NCBI GenBank assembly: GCA_965112735.1
Contig: OZ218956.1
Coordinates: 2,232,001-2,296,000 of the forward strand
Direction: 5' to 3'
DNA from: Phaeosaccion multiseriatum
Lineage: Eukaryota > Protista > Ochrophyta, other classes
Length of the DNA stretch: 64,000 nt
Shown here: piece after piece, positions 61,935 through 64,000 of the stretch
Numbering within the stretch: the first letter of the stretch is position 1
Layout: each line of letters starts with the position of its first letter
Translations under genes and position numbers: made by a program
The notes under the pieces: model-generated
What the model saw: only the letters and a program-made list of their open reading frames with translations
Told to the model about the DNA's origin: nothing
Databases searched by the model: none

Positions 61935-64000
61935 ATGGGGGAATCGATCTTAACAAAGTCCTTCAAAGCGCTGGATCTCTATCAGCGCGTGCCCAAGGAC
62001 CTGACGGAGGCGACAAGCTCAGGGGCCATCTTTAGCATATGTGCAGGAGCCTTCATGGTGCTTCTGTTTCACGTGGAGCTCATTGCGTTCCTTCTCAGCA
62101 GTGTAGAGACGTACATCGTTGTTGATGATGTTCGGTCGGCCAAGGTAAGTCAAGGACGGGGAGGGGAGGGAGGGGAGGAAGACCCGCTCGGGAACTCCAT
62201 CCCTCTGCTATGGCATATACCGCGCCTTCACTCGCTGGCCATTTCTCATCGCCACCCCGTCTCTCATCAAGGATCATCTTGGCCCCTCCTCCTCAACCCA
62301 TCCATCGCCACCCGCTCTCATCCCCGGCGGCTTCTGGCACGTATTCCCAGCCCCACCCCACCCCCTGTGAGAAGGCGACGCTTGGTCTCTCCTCCCTCTT
62401 CCCCAATAGACAAACAAAAATCCGACCTGCACCCCCCTCTCCCACCGCTCCCCACGCCCCAACAGCTGCCCATTAATTTTAACATAACGATGCTCGACAT
62501 TCCCTGCGAGTACGTGGCAGTAGACGTGCGCGACGTGCTGGGCACCAACCGCCAGAATGTCACCACAGACATTCACAAGTGGCACATCGACAAGGCCGGT
62601 GTCAACCAAGCGTACCACGTGAGTAAGATGGGATAAGAGGTGGAGTAGTGGGTATGTGTATGCGTATGCCAGCCTGTATATACGCCCGTCCAGACCAGTA
62701 TATGACGCTGGAATCCGCCCCTCGCCGCATCCTCTCTCTCTCTCGTTCTCTCTCTCTCTATCTCTCTCTCTCTCGTTCTCTCTCTCTCTCGTTCTCTCTC
62801 TCCCTCTCTCTCTCTCTCCCTCTCTCTCTCGTTCTCCCTCTCTCTCCCTCTCTCCCTCTCTCCCACTCTCTCTCTCCCTCTCTCCCCCTCTCTCTCTCTC
62901 CCTCTCTCTCTCTCTCTCTCGTTCTCTCTCTCTCCTATCTTGCTCGCTCTGCGCGCATGCCGTCTCCCTCTCCCTCACTCTGACAGGGGCGCAATATGGA
63001 GCAGAAGGAGATTGTCATGTTCGACGAGCTCCACTTGGACCTGGACAAGCTACACGCCAACGGGGTGCACGCCATCCCACTCAACGAGGAGGTGAGGGAG
63101 GGAGGGAGGGAGGGACGGACGGGGGGGAGGCGGGGGCGGGGGCAGAGCTGTCTGTCCGAGTGAGACCATCGGCCCAACTCCTTGCTACTTGCAACCAAGG
63201 GGGATACGCATGCATGCACGCATGCATATTTTTAGGTCGCGAAAGCACGAGCCTGCACACAAAAGACGCTGCTCCTTCGTGCCGCGAACTTTTTATGGCG
63301 ACTAAACCAAAGCAAAACGAGTACTTAGCTCTGAAGCGAAAAACACAAACCTCCATCCCTCCCCCCATCCCCCACCTCTCTCACAGACGTTCCCCTACTG
63401 GCTCAAGACGCACCCCTGGACCTTCGTGGCCTTTTTCGCCCCGTGGTGCTACTGGTGCAAGCAGCTGCTACCCACCTGGGAGGCCTTCGCCGAGCACGAG
63501 GAGCGGGCCCGTTCAGTGGTGTCGGTGGTGTCTGTGGACTGCGTCCAATACCCCGCCCTTTGCTCCAAGTACAATGTGATGGCCTTCCCCAGCATGAGGC
63601 TGTTTCGGTGCGTGTGTGTGTGTTCGTCTCAATGCGTTAGTGCTTTCTGCGTATACTCTGTCCTGCCCTCTAACCTGCCAACGCTCCATCCCTACCCTGC
63701 CTCCTCCTCCTCCTCCTCCTCCTCCTCCTCCTCCTCCTCCTCCTCCTCCTCCTCCTCCTCCTCCTCCTCCTCCTCCTCCTCCTCCTCCTCTGCCTAAATT
63801 ACAGGGGCGAGGATTCGCAGTCAGAGTACCACAACGACCGAACGGTGGCTGCCCTGGCCAAGTTCGCCTCTGAGCGTGTAACGGCAGCCGGAGACAACCC
63901 CAACTCTCCCGCGTCGCGGCAGTTGCAGGCCACCGACGAGGCTCGCAAGTGGCCGGGCTGTATGGTCGTCGGCACGGTCGAGGTCCGTCAGCTCTTTACT
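61935..64000 (+). CDS. PDI-C type protein (Erv41/Erv46/ERGIC N-domain + thioredoxin domain), 5' part
   Basis: LDLYQRVPKDLTEATSSGAIFSI plus TM helix, INFNITMLDIPCEYVAVDVRDVLG, FFAPWCYWC, VDCV…AFPSMRLF, and the start of the COPII-cargo domain PGCMVVG. Confidence 0.92.

Noticed and set aside
63426-63460. Selenoprotein among the thioredoxin-fold genes
   Set aside because: Both active sites (WCYWC, FCRAC) use Cys codons, with no in-frame TGA.

Overview
Gene-dense, GC-rich eukaryotic nuclear DNA with GT-AG introns full of microsatellites. Several proteins carry a signal peptide followed by an F/W-start transit peptide, which points to an alga with a complex red plastid, probably an ochrophyte stramenopile (inference). 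I assembled about 17 genes by hand: a partial acidic protein, eEF3, a plastid thioredoxin-like protein, a SET methyltransferase, an HI0933/YhiN flavoprotein, a NIMA/NEK kinase, a U-box/2xFHA E3 ligase, a 2H phosphoesterase, a small membrane protein, a divergent AzgA permease, a 7-finger WRKY19-like CCCH protein, a plastid coiled-coil membrane protein, a myristoylated TKL kinase, a hypothetical protein, a giant TPR protein, a plastid GNAT and a partial PDI-C/ERGIC protein. The main unexplained signal is a set of nine short non-coding elements or fragments in five sequence types. All have TCG(A/G)C(C/T)C ends, seven have paired terminal inverted repeats, and five have 5-8 bp flanking direct repeats. 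Each type carries its own doubled 6-7-mer inside, in most types repeated at about 27-31 bp period. They occupy all four head-to-tail gene junctions plus one intron, and none of the 12 divergent or convergent junctions. Other signals are a miRNA-like 138-nt hairpin and introns with complementary G-rich 5' and C-rich 3' halves. Exon boundaries are manual readings, and no database search or folding program was run.
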